Shown in pieces: positions 39,339 through 48,422 of a DNA stretch of 64,000 bases. Origin of the DNA: Candidatus Latescibacterota bacterium (lineage in GTDB: Bacteria; Krumholzibacteriota; Krumholzibacteriia; WVZY01); contig CAWBQK010000017.1 of the NCBI GenBank assembly GCA_963791045.1, positions 256,001 through 320,000 on the forward strand. The letters are read 5' to 3'. The notes below the pieces were generated by a model. The model was not told the DNA's origin and searched no databases. It saw only the letters and a list, made by a program, of their open reading frames with translations. Position numbers and translations under genes: made by a program. The stretch's first letter is position 1. Every line of letters begins with the position of its first letter.

Positions 39339-40334
39339 ATGATAAGCCCACGGTTCACCCATTTTGCCAGATTAGGTGTATTGGCAATAATGCTCCTCGC
39401 TCATTCGGCCTGCGGCGGCGACAACGAAAGCAACGCGGTTGTCGAAGAACATGACGGGGCTGAAATCATGGCCCTTGCCGCGGGCATCCAGTCCGCCGTC
39501 CAAGACGACGACCAGACCGCTTTCGAAGGACTGTTTACTTCTCCATCGGTTGCCAAACCGATATGGAAGAGGCTGACCAATATGAAATGGAATGACGGCG
39601 AGTTCAAACTGGAACAGTTGACGAATTTCCCGGAATTCGAAAGAGCAACACCGAACGTTCATATTGAGAAGCTCATCGTACACGCCTGGTTCGACCTCAA
39701 TCCCTCTCCCGGAAATGGGGGAGAAGTGTACGAAACAACATGGGAAATGGCCAGGGCCGAGGCTGGCTGGAGGTTGTCGGGCCTGAGAATAGACAAGGCG
39801 CACATGTCGTACGGCGACCTCGTTCGCGAACTTCGGAGAATGGATCAGTTCAGTTTCAACGCGTTGAAAATGGACTGGGAAGACTACGGCGATCCCTCGG
39901 CGCTCCTCGTGCGTGCCCTTGAGGCGATGGAAAGCGACGACGTGGCCGCACTCAAACTGTGCACGGTAGATGGCGCGTTGTTCCAGGCTTTCGAAAACAA
40001 TATCGAAATGCCCACGGTTTCCAACGGGAATACGCCCTCTGGCCGTTCGAATCGGAAACAGTCCGCCAAGTATCTCGAAGAACAAGTACAAGGGCTCAAA
40101 AAGGCCTCGGAAATGCTCGGTATGACCGTCGACGATCTCATTCCTCTAATCACCGCCTACAGGATAAACGGAGTGCCATCGAAGTGCACCAAAATCAGAT
40201 TGTTGATTCGCTTTGAAGGCGACGTGGCAAACGCAGGGGTCACCAGTTTTGACGTAGGATGGACGGCCGCTTATGTGTTGCGGAAGTGGCTGGCGGAATA
40301 TGTCGGCGTCGAAGCCATCAGGGGTTGGAGCTGA
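39339..40334 (+). CDS. Hypothetical lipoprotein
   Basis: GGAGG RBS; hydrophobic signal ending in HSAC-GG; no family recognised. Confidence 0.65.
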   Translation: MISPRFTHFARLGVLAIMLLAHSACGGDNESNAVVEEHDGAEIMALAAGIQSAVQDDDQTAFEGLFTSPSVAKPIWKRLTNMKWNDGEFKLEQLTNFPEFERATPNVHIEKLIVHAWFDLNPSPGNGGEVYETTWEMARAEAGWRLSGLRIDKAHMSYGDLVRELRRMDQFSFNALKMDWEDYGDPSALLVRALEAMESDDVAALKLCTVDGALFQAFENNIEMPTVSNGNTPSGRSNRKQSAKYLEEQVQGLKKASEMLGMTVDDLIPLITAYRINGVPSKCTKIRLLIRFEGDVANAGVTSFDVGWTAAYVLRKWLAEYVGVEAIRGWS

Positions 40335-40422
40335 TTTCACAAATTTAGCGTAGAAAAAGGGCTTGATTGTCTGTTTTTCCCACAGTTTTCTGATTTCCCT
40401 CGATAAACATATAAAGTGGGTC

Positions 40423-40451
40423 TTGAAACTTTCGCGCGGGGCGATTATAAT
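40423..40451 (+). promoter_or_regulatory. sigma70 promoter upstream of parA-like gene
   Basis: TTGAAA-17 nt-TATAAT. Confidence 0.65.
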
Positions 40452-40604
40452 CCCGCCGCGTAGCGGAAAACCGCATTCCAATCGGTCAAAACGGATTGCG
40501 GCAAGCGGGGGACCTTCGACCACCACGTGGGGCGTCATCCGTCAAACAATCTTCGATAACAAGTGTCTGTTGTCACAATAATCTCTCAGGGAAGGCAGCA
40601 TCAA

Positions 40605-41447
40605 ATGGAAATCATCGCGGTCATCAATCAAAAGGGCGGGGTAGGCAAAACAACGTCCACGGCGAACATCGGTTCCGGTCTTGCGATTCTTGGGAAGAAA
40701 GTTCTTCTGGTTGATTTGGACCCACAGGCGCATCTGGGCCAGGCAATGGGCCTTGGGAACGGCGGCTTCGAGTATACGATTTACAATGTGCTTCGCGGAG
40801 ACGTGGATGTGGCGGATGTCCTGGTAGAGAAAGAACTCGGAGCGCGAATAAGTCGTGCCGACGACAATCAGGGGAACGGAGCCGCGGGGACGAGCGAAGA
40901 ATCGAGATTATGTGTTTCGATGGTGCCGTCGAGCATCGATCTTTCCGGTGTGGATATGGAGTTCGCGGCACGCGAAGGGCGGGAATACCTGCTGAGAAAC
41001 GCACTGGAGAAAGTCGATGGACGGTTTGATTACGCTTTGATCGATTGCCCGCCGAGTCTCGGCCTCCTGACGCTTAACGCGCTGACCGCGGCGAACAGTG
41101 TGCACATTCCGGTTCAGACGGAGTTCCTGGCGTTGGACAGTCTTGACAAGCTTCTGGACACGATCGACCGCGTGAAGCAGAACTGGAACCCTGGGCTCTC
41201 GGTTGGCGGGATCATAGCTACGCGTTTCGACGGACGCAAGGTACTCAACCGTGACGTGGTGTCGAAACTCAAGGAAAACTTCGGACCGCTTTTGTTCGAA
41301 CGCGTTATTCGGGAAAACATCGCGCTCGCCGAAGCGCCCAGCTACGGCGTCGACATTTTTTCTTACCGGCCAAAAAGCTATGGTGCTGAGGACTATTTGA
41401 GGCTCTCCGAGGAGATTCTCGAGAGGAGCGGGAGGTATGGGCACTAA
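40605..41447 (+). CDS. Orphan ParA/Soj-family ATPase
   Basis: NQKGGVGKTT, DLDPQ, IDCPPSLG..T.NAL.AA, LAEAPSYG. Confidence 0.92.
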   Translation: MEIIAVINQKGGVGKTTSTANIGSGLAILGKKVLLVDLDPQAHLGQAMGLGNGGFEYTIYNVLRGDVDVADVLVEKELGARISRADDNQGNGAAGTSEESRLCVSMVPSSIDLSGVDMEFAAREGREYLLRNALEKVDGRFDYALIDCPPSLGLLTLNALTAANSVHIPVQTEFLALDSLDKLLDTIDRVKQNWNPGLSVGGIIATRFDGRKVLNRDVVSKLKENFGPLLFERVIRENIALAEAPSYGVDIFSYRPKSYGAEDYLRLSEEILERSGRYGH

Positions 41448-42219
41448 GAGGTCGCGGATGGGCATGGATCCGTTGAGTTGGATTCTCGATGACGAGAAAT
41501 CCACACGGACGGGCCCGCGCCCAAGACCACGGCCGGTCGATTCGAGCCATACCGATATTCTTGAAATTCGCGACAGACCGTTGAGCCAGGTTGTCGCCAA
41601 TTATCTCGCCTGTCCGGTCTGCGGCACCGCCGTGCGTGACACCGGTGAAGACGCGCGTCCGGACTGCCCGTCCTGTGATAACAATCTTGCCGAGGGCCGG
41701 TTCTTCTTCAAGCGGCCGATTCACACCCTGGTTGATTTGATTCAAACGGCGTTTTCCCTGGAGCGCACTCTGCCGGGAGAAGGCGGATCGCCCGGCGTAT
41801 TCTCCAACTTCGATCAAACCGTTGCCTGTTTGTTGTTTTTTACGCGATTAAGTGACGTGGCTATCGACCATCTCCTGCGGGGTATCCTTCGGAGTCAGAA
41901 TCTCCCACCGCATGTCTGCAAGCGGCTGCTCAGCGATCACGCGGACTATCATTCGCGCGTGGGCAGGCTGTTTCCGACACTCACGGGCAAGACCTGGAGG
42001 GGAGCGATCGAAACACTCGCGTCGGAGGGGGGACTCGAGTACGTCGAGACCGCGATTTTTCGTCAGCGCGCGGCCACCACTCTCGAAGCGTTCCTGCAAC
42101 TTGGAGAACTTCCGGAAAACGGACACGAGGTAAGCGCCACCTGTGTTTTAAGGATTTCCCCGCTCCTCGATCTTCACGCAAATCTTCATAACCGCTTCGT
42201 GGCCGGGACCACGCCGTAA
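41437..42219 (+). CDS. Hypothetical protein with zinc ribbon, coupled to parA
   Basis: CPVC-x12-CPSC; overlaps the 3' end of parA by 11 nt. Confidence 0.65.
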   Translation: MGTKRSRMGMDPLSWILDDEKSTRTGPRPRPRPVDSSHTDILEIRDRPLSQVVANYLACPVCGTAVRDTGEDARPDCPSCDNNLAEGRFFFKRPIHTLVDLIQTAFSLERTLPGEGGSPGVFSNFDQTVACLLFFTRLSDVAIDHLLRGILRSQNLPPHVCKRLLSDHADYHSRVGRLFPTLTGKTWRGAIETLASEGGLEYVETAIFRQRAATTLEAFLQLGELPENGHEVSATCVLRISPLLDLHANLHNRFVAGTTP

Positions 42220-42277
42220 TCGACGTCGGACCCTCGTTTTCAGGCCCTCGTAGACTTAATATTTTTGTCTTATGGGC

Positions 42278-42306
42278 TTGCAAACTTATTGATATTGAAT
42301 TATCAT
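42278..42306 (+). promoter_or_regulatory. Promoter with overlapping Fur/Zur-type operator
   Basis: TTGCAA-17-TATCAT; near-palindrome TGATATT-GA-ATTATCA (42290-42305). Confidence 0.65.
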
Positions 42307-42341
42307 GTACAACGGTAGTTCAACCATGGGGGGGGTAAAAA

Positions 42342-42716
42342 ATGCCAGCGCGACGTAACACTCAGCAACGCGCGGCGATTCTCGATGCCCTTGAAGAAAT
42401 TGGCCGGCCGCTCACCGCTGAAGAGATTCACGCGGAGGCGAAGAAACGTGCCCGAGGCCTGGGAATCGCCACCGTTTATCGAAATTTGAAGACGATGATC
42501 GGCGAGGAGAAACTCGCGATCGTTGACCTTCCTGGAGAACCGTCTCGTTACGAGATCGCCGGGAAAGCGCACCATCACCACTTTGTTTGTGATCTGTGCG
42601 AACGTGTGTTTGAGATCGAAAACTGTTCGTCAAATGTCCTGGAGATGACACCGCGAGGATTCCGTCTCGACCGCCATGAGGTAATACTCTACGGCCGCTG
42701 CGCGGATTGCCTTTAG
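42342..42716 (+). CDS. Fur-family regulator, probably Zur
   Basis: T.QR.AIL, ATVYRNL, HHHHFVCDLC, C-terminal GRCADC; heads znuACB. Confidence 0.88.
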   Translation: MPARRNTQQRAAILDALEEIGRPLTAEEIHAEAKKRARGLGIATVYRNLKTMIGEEKLAIVDLPGEPSRYEIAGKAHHHHFVCDLCERVFEIENCSSNVLEMTPRGFRLDRHEVILYGRCADCL

Positions 42717-42729
42717 ATCTTCTCGAAAG

Positions 42730-43668
42730 ATGTCACAACTCACCGCCAGACTATTATATTCCGCCATCGCCCTGGCGATCTTGTTCGCGATTTGTCCGGT
42801 CGAAAAGGCGGGCGCCGGACCGCCCCAGCAGCAGGGAACCGGCATGTTGACGTGTACCGTCAGCATTCTGCCGCAGAAGTATTTTGTTGAGAGGATTGCC
42901 GGCGAGCATGTAGTTGTTGATGTGATGGTCGGTTCAGGCCAGTCGCCCGCCACATACGAACCCACGGGTCGGCAGCTTTCGGCTCTGTCCGATTCGCGCC
43001 TGTATTTCTCGATCGGAGTCGCGTTCGAACAAACGCTTTTGCCGCGAATTAAAAGAAGTTTTGAGGGCGTCGATGTGATCGATTCGTCCGCGGGAATTGA
43101 ACGCAGAAGAATGGCGGAGCACACCCACCATGGAGATGGGGAAGACAGCAACCGTGATCTCGGCGTCGACGATCCGCATGTCTGGCTTGCCCCGGACAAC
43201 GCCATTCGGATCGCGGAGAACATACGTTTTGCCCTGTGCAGACACGATCCGGCGAGGACGTCAATATACAATCGAAATTTTGAAGCGCTCAAGTTGGAGT
43301 TACACCAAACAGACATCCTCGTCGCTGAAATTCTTTCCACCCATTCGGGACAGGAGATTTTTGTATTTCACCCCGCATACGGCTATTTCACCGATGAATA
43401 CGGACTGATTCAAGTGCCCATCGAGGTAGCGGGCGGCACGCCCGGACCCAGGCACCTCGCCGGAATTATCGATCACGCGAAAGCTGAGTCAGTGTCCACC
43501 ATTTTTGTCCAGCCGCAATTCTCACCGTCCTCCGCCCAGACCATTGCGCGGACGGTCGGCGCGGAGATACACACATTGGATCCGCTCGCTGAAAATTACT
43601 CCGAAAACCTGGTTATAATGGCGAGAAAGATCGCGGCGGCGCTGCCGACACGCACGGCGAAGGAATAA
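42730..43668 (+). CDS. znuA: Zn/Mn ABC substrate-binding protein
   Basis: SPATYEPT, His-rich loop, DPHVWL, FHPAYGYF, LDPL. Confidence 0.88.
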   Translation: MSQLTARLLYSAIALAILFAICPVEKAGAGPPQQQGTGMLTCTVSILPQKYFVERIAGEHVVVDVMVGSGQSPATYEPTGRQLSALSDSRLYFSIGVAFEQTLLPRIKRSFEGVDVIDSSAGIERRRMAEHTHHGDGEDSNRDLGVDDPHVWLAPDNAIRIAENIRFALCRHDPARTSIYNRNFEALKLELHQTDILVAEILSTHSGQEIFVFHPAYGYFTDEYGLIQVPIEVAGGTPGPRHLAGIIDHAKAESVSTIFVQPQFSPSSAQTIARTVGAEIHTLDPLAENYSENLVIMARKIAAALPTRTAKE

Positions 43669-43693
43669 TCTGAAACGCATTGTGGGAGCCGTA

Positions 43694-44446
43694 ATGACGA
43701 AGGAAATTGTTATCGCCGTCCGGGATGTCGACTTTTCGTACGATCGTCACAATCTCATTCTCGAGGGCGCGACTTTTGACATATTGAAACACGAGTTCGC
43801 CGCTGTGATTGGCCCAAATGGTGGTGGGAAAACTACCCTTCTCAAACTGATACTGGGTCTGATTGAGCCTTCAAGGGGGACCCTCCGGGTATTTGACGGC
43901 CGGGTGGCCAACGCAAGACGACGAATTGGGTATATGCCTCAATATCCGCGGCTCGACCATGACTTTCCCGTCACTGTTATGGATGTTGTTCTTATGGGGC
44001 GTTTGGGACAGACGAGGGTTATGGGTCCATTTCGGCGAACGGACATCGAAGCAGCCGAGGCAGCGCTTGAGGAGACAAGCTGTTTCGACCTGAGAAATCG
44101 TCCATTCTCGGCTCTTTCGAGCGGACAGCGGCAGCGAATCTTGATCTCGCGAGCACTGGCGTCCGACCCTGAGCTTCTCATGCTCGACGAACCGACATCC
44201 AATCTCGACCCGTCCGTCCAGGACGATATACAGGATCTCCTTCACACTCTCAACGAAAGAATGACAATCATTGTCGTCTCTCATGATGTCGCGTTTGTGT
44301 CCAAGTATGTAGAGAAGGTAGTTTGCGTGAACAGGACGGTGGCTCTCCACCCGACGTCGGAAATGAAGGGTGAACTGATAACAATGCTTTATGGAAACGC
44401 GGATGTGCGGCTTGTGGATCATGAGCATCATTCGCACGACGGCTGA
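43694..44446 (+). CDS. znuC: Metal ABC transporter ATPase
   Basis: GPNGGGKTT, LSSGQRQR, LDEPT, His-rich C-terminus. Confidence 0.88.
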   Translation: MTKEIVIAVRDVDFSYDRHNLILEGATFDILKHEFAAVIGPNGGGKTTLLKLILGLIEPSRGTLRVFDGRVANARRRIGYMPQYPRLDHDFPVTVMDVVLMGRLGQTRVMGPFRRTDIEAAEAALEETSCFDLRNRPFSALSSGQRQRILISRALASDPELLMLDEPTSNLDPSVQDDIQDLLHTLNERMTIIVVSHDVAFVSKYVEKVVCVNRTVALHPTSEMKGELITMLYGNADVRLVDHEHHSHDG

Positions 44447-44470
44447 CACGCCCGGGGGCGATTAACCACA

Positions 44471-45358
44471 ATGCTAGATTTCATACATGCGGTTGCGAGT
44501 CACGCGTTCATGCGTAACGCGCTGATAGCGGGCGTTCTTGCAAGCGTCGCGTGTGGTGTTATAGGCACTTATGTGGTTACGCGACGAATATCTTTGATTG
44601 CGGGAAGCCTGGCACACTCCGTCCTGGGGGGGATGGGTGCCGCCTACTATTTTAAGACGGTTAACGGATGGACCTGGCTTCACCCATTGCACGGCGCGGT
44701 GGTGGCGGCATTACTTGCGGCCGTGATTATCAGTCTTGTGAGAATGTATGGACGCGAAAGAGAAGACACGGTGATCTCCGCGTTGTGGGCGATCGGGATG
44801 GCCATCGGGGTCATGTTTATTGTGAGGACGCCCGGATACAAAACTGATCTTATGACCTACCTTTTCGGAAATATTATAATGGCGGACGACCGGGCGATCC
44901 AGCTGCTGGTGATACTCGATGTGCTGATCGTTGGGGTGGGGCTGCTGTTTTATAAACAGCTTCTCGCCGTATGTTTCGACGAAGAATTCGCCAAACTTCG
45001 CGGGGTAAGCATCGGGTTCTTTTATACGCTTCTCTTGTGTCTTACGGCGCTAACCATCGTAACACTTATTTACGTGGTCGGGATCGTCATGGTTATCGCG
45101 TTGATGACCCTTCCCGTCGCGATAGCGGGGAAATTTTCAAAACGTCTCCTGCAAATGATGATTCTGGCATCGCTGTTGAGCGCACTGTTCACGACGGGCG
45201 GTCTCGCGCTCAGTTACGGGCCGGACCTTCCCCCCGGCGCGACGACCATACTGCTCGCCGGGGCGGTTTATGTGCTGGTCAATTTGGCGGTATTTGCACG
45301 GGGAAGGCTTGGGGCCCGTTTCCAACGTGGCAAACGGACTCAAGATGGGTTAGATTAG
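44471..45358 (+). CDS. znuB: Metal ABC transporter permease
   Basis: LAHSVLGG, YLFGNI, FDEEFA..RG motifs. Confidence 0.88.
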   Translation: MLDFIHAVASHAFMRNALIAGVLASVACGVIGTYVVTRRISLIAGSLAHSVLGGMGAAYYFKTVNGWTWLHPLHGAVVAALLAAVIISLVRMYGREREDTVISALWAIGMAIGVMFIVRTPGYKTDLMTYLFGNIIMADDRAIQLLVILDVLIVGVGLLFYKQLLAVCFDEEFAKLRGVSIGFFYTLLLCLTALTIVTLIYVVGIVMVIALMTLPVAIAGKFSKRLLQMMILASLLSALFTTGGLALSYGPDLPPGATTILLAGAVYVLVNLAVFARGRLGARFQRGKRTQDGLD

Positions 45359-45371
45359 TATTTGAGTTATT

Positions 45372-47504
45372 ATGTGGTCTATTACGCAAGAAACCATACG
45401 AATTCTGAATGAGTCCGCGGGCTATCTCCTTTTTGGATTTCTCCTTGCCGGACTGCTCAACGTTCTCCTCAACCGGTACCGCCGTATCACCGGCATCCTG
45501 TCGGCGCCCGGTCAGAAGCCTGTATTCCTCGCCGCTATTCTTGGCGCTCCGCTCCCACTGTGTTCATGCAGTGTTCTTCCAACCGCGCTTACGCTCAGAA
45601 AGCAAGGCGCGAGCAAAGGGGCCACCGCGTCCTTTCTCATTTCCGTGCCGGAAACCGACATCATTTCGATCGTCCTCACCTATGCGTTGTTAGGCCCCGT
45701 CCTTGCTATCGCGAGGCCTGTGTCCGCGGTGATTACGGCGATTGTCACCGGGATAGTCATCAACGCGGTGGAGGCACGGTCAAAAGACATCTCGTCTGCG
45801 CCCTCGACTAACAAAAAGGGCGGGAGCGACGGTCAGAAAGAGAACGGGCTCGAACCCAAAAAGAGTGCGGCGCCGAAATCTGCTGATTCGCCGCCCGGCG
45901 GACACTGGCTGGTCAGAGCGCTTCGCTTCGGGTTTGTCGAGATGTTCGACGACATCATGGGCCAACTTTTTATTGGTATCATTATCGCCGGCGCAATTGT
46001 TGCCTGGTTCCCGTCCCTCAACGTTCAGGAGATGGTCGGTTCCTCGTTCCTCACGTACTTCGTGATGCTGGGAGTAGGCATTCCGGTTTACGTCTGCGCG
46101 ACGGCGTCAACACCGGTGGCCGTGGGGTTGATCGCCGGTGGCGTGAGCCCTGGGGCGGCACTCGTCTTTTTGCTCGCGGGTCCCGCGACAAACATCGCAA
46201 GCCTCGTGGTCCTCAACCGCCAGTTTGGCAAAAAGATCCTGGCGGCATACCTGGTTTCCATTGGAATCGTGAGCCTCGCTTTCGGAATTGCTCTCGATTG
46301 GTTGATCGGACCCGATTACTCCGTCAGGCACCTCGTCATGGATCCTCTTGCCGAGGCCGGTGCTGGTAAAGTCCAGATCGCCGGAACGATTCTCCTCCTC
46401 TTTCTTGTCGGGCTCAGTTTTCGCAGAACCGGAATATTGAAAACGTGGGTGATCTCGGCTTCAAAAAGATTCAGGATCTCGGTGCCCCCGCGGACGGTAG
46501 TGATATCGCTCCTGGCCGTACTGGCGCTCGGTTATCTCTGTAGCGGATTGTTCGTGGTGGATCCTGGAGAAAGAGCGGCGGTGAAGCGATTCGGAAGGAT
46601 AACCAACGGATATCTCCAGCCGGGGCTACACTATCGATGGCCGTTCCCGTTTGGAGTCGCGGATGTCGAATCGGTCACGCTTCTGCGCAGAGTCGAGATT
46701 GGCTTCAGGTCGGATCAGGGCGACTTCATGGCGCTGTCCGCGGAGGATGAGGGCCCGTTCGTTTCGGAGGCGTGGATGCTCGCGGGCGACGAAAACATCG
46801 TCGATGCGCGTTGCGCCGTCCAGTACCAGATCATAGATACTGAAGAAGCCTTTGGGAACTTTGTATACGGTGTCAAGGACAAGACGGCCCTGGTTAGAAA
46901 CGCCGCGGAGTGGGCGCTGAGAAAATCCGTTTCGACCAGGGGAATCGACTCGCTTCTCACCGTCGATCGCGGCGAAGTAGAACACGAAATTAAAACCATC
47001 TTTCTGCAGAGCCGTCTCGATGCGTGCGCCTCGGGCGTGCGGGTTGTGGATGTGAATCTCGAGTCGGTTCACGCACCGGCCCCGGTACACTGGGCCTTCA
47101 GGGATGTAGCCAGCGCCGTGGAAGACCAACGACAGAAGGAAAATATTGCGCGGGAATACTGGGAGCGAACGACGCTTGGCGCCGAGGGGGAAGCGTCGGG
47201 TGTCCTGTCGCAGGCGGACGGCGAGGCGATCGAGCGGGTGCAGAGGGCGATGGGGGACGGTTACGCGTTCGATGCCCTGCGGAAGGTTTACACTCAAGCG
47301 CCCGAAGTCACGGAAATTCGTCTCTATCTCGAGTGGATGGACAGGTTCCTCCCCGGGATGAACAAATACGTGGATCTCATGCCGAGCGGCCGCGGCGGTC
47401 GCGATGTTTGGCTTCGCATGGGACGGGATTCAAAAAAGGGAGCCGAAGGAATGATTAAGGAATTCGAGCTCCCCTGGTCAAGCGATCGGGAGGATACGCA
47501 GTGA
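45372..47504 (+). CDS. DUF318/SO_0444-type metal permease fused to an HflK-like SPFH domain
   Basis: PLPLCSCSVLP, FLISVPET, YVCATASTP, FLLAGPATN; then PGLHYRWPFP, MLAGDENIV, V..AFRDVASA, RLYLE. Confidence 0.85.
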   Translation: MWSITQETIRILNESAGYLLFGFLLAGLLNVLLNRYRRITGILSAPGQKPVFLAAILGAPLPLCSCSVLPTALTLRKQGASKGATASFLISVPETDIISIVLTYALLGPVLAIARPVSAVITAIVTGIVINAVEARSKDISSAPSTNKKGGSDGQKENGLEPKKSAAPKSADSPPGGHWLVRALRFGFVEMFDDIMGQLFIGIIIAGAIVAWFPSLNVQEMVGSSFLTYFVMLGVGIPVYVCATASTPVAVGLIAGGVSPGAALVFLLAGPATNIASLVVLNRQFGKKILAAYLVSIGIVSLAFGIALDWLIGPDYSVRHLVMDPLAEAGAGKVQIAGTILLLFLVGLSFRRTGILKTWVISASKRFRISVPPRTVVISLLAVLALGYLCSGLFVVDPGERAAVKRFGRITNGYLQPGLHYRWPFPFGVADVESVTLLRRVEIGFRSDQGDFMALSAEDEGPFVSEAWMLAGDENIVDARCAVQYQIIDTEEAFGNFVYGVKDKTALVRNAAEWALRKSVSTRGIDSLLTVDRGEVEHEIKTIFLQSRLDACASGVRVVDVNLESVHAPAPVHWAFRDVASAVEDQRQKENIAREYWERTTLGAEGEASGVLSQADGEAIERVQRAMGDGYAFDALRKVYTQAPEVTEIRLYLEWMDRFLPGMNKYVDLMPSGRGGRDVWLRMGRDSKKGAEGMIKEFELPWSSDREDTQ

Positions 47505-48391
47505 AAACAATCGGAAGCGCGGTTTTATTTGTGGTCCTGATGGTTCTCATCGGAACCGCGCTATTTTTTGTCGATGAGACCGAATATGCCATCGTCCTTC
47601 GGTTCGGGCAGCCGACCCAGACGATCACATCAGCCGGGCTAAAAGCCAAATGGCCATGGCCCATCGAGAATGTTGTTCGGTTTGACCGTCGTCTTATGGT
47701 GTTCGATGTTCCCGCCGTGGACGAACCACCTCGCGAATTTCTTACGCTCGATAAGAAGAACATCGAGGTGTCGAGTTATACCTGCTGGCGGATCGATGAC
47801 CCCCTCCATTTTCTGCAAACGGTAGGGGACCGCGAAGGCGCGGAGGCCTACATACGCGACATTGTTGTTTCCGAAAAAGGAAAGCTGCTCGGCAGAAACA
47901 ATCTTAGCGCGCTGGTCTCCGTGGTGCCGGAGCAAATTCGACTGGACTCGATAGCCGCGGAGATTCGAAACACCTGTAACGACGTCGCGATGAGAGAATG
48001 TGGGGTTCGCGTCATCGATTTTCGAATGAAGCGGATCAATTACCCCGAGCAAAACCGCAATAGTGTTTTCGAGCGGATGAGAGCCGAGCGCAAACAGATC
48101 GCGACGCGTTACAGAAGTGAGGGCGAGAAAGAGGCAAGCCGCATCCGCGCGGAAGCCGACCGGCGCCGAATGGAGATTCTCGCCACGGCGACACGAACGG
48201 CCCTCGAAACCAAGGGAAACGGGGAAGCGGAAGCGGCACGGATATACAACGAGGCGTACGGGAAGAACCGGGAGTTTTACCAGTTTTTGCGCACGCTGGA
48301 ATCGTATGAAACCTCGATGGACGAGGGCACGACGATTTTGCTTCCATCGTCTATGAAGTACCTGAGAACACTTCTCGATCCGGTTCGGTGA
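47501..48391 (+). CDS. hflC: HflC-like SPFH protein
   Basis: LTLDKKNI, FERMRAER.QIA..YRSEG, EFYQFLRTLESY. Confidence 0.88.
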   Translation: MKTIGSAVLFVVLMVLIGTALFFVDETEYAIVLRFGQPTQTITSAGLKAKWPWPIENVVRFDRRLMVFDVPAVDEPPREFLTLDKKNIEVSSYTCWRIDDPLHFLQTVGDREGAEAYIRDIVVSEKGKLLGRNNLSALVSVVPEQIRLDSIAAEIRNTCNDVAMRECGVRVIDFRMKRINYPEQNRNSVFERMRAERKQIATRYRSEGEKEASRIRAEADRRRMEILATATRTALETKGNGEAEAARIYNEAYGKNREFYQFLRTLESYETSMDEGTTILLPSSMKYLRTLLDPVR

Positions 48392-48422
48392 CAGACCGTC
48401 GCATGAGTGGGATTGTGTTTTC

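Noticed and set aside
40578-40600. Glycine riboswitch (CTCTCAGG)
   Set aside because: No GGAGA or CGCCGAAG elements
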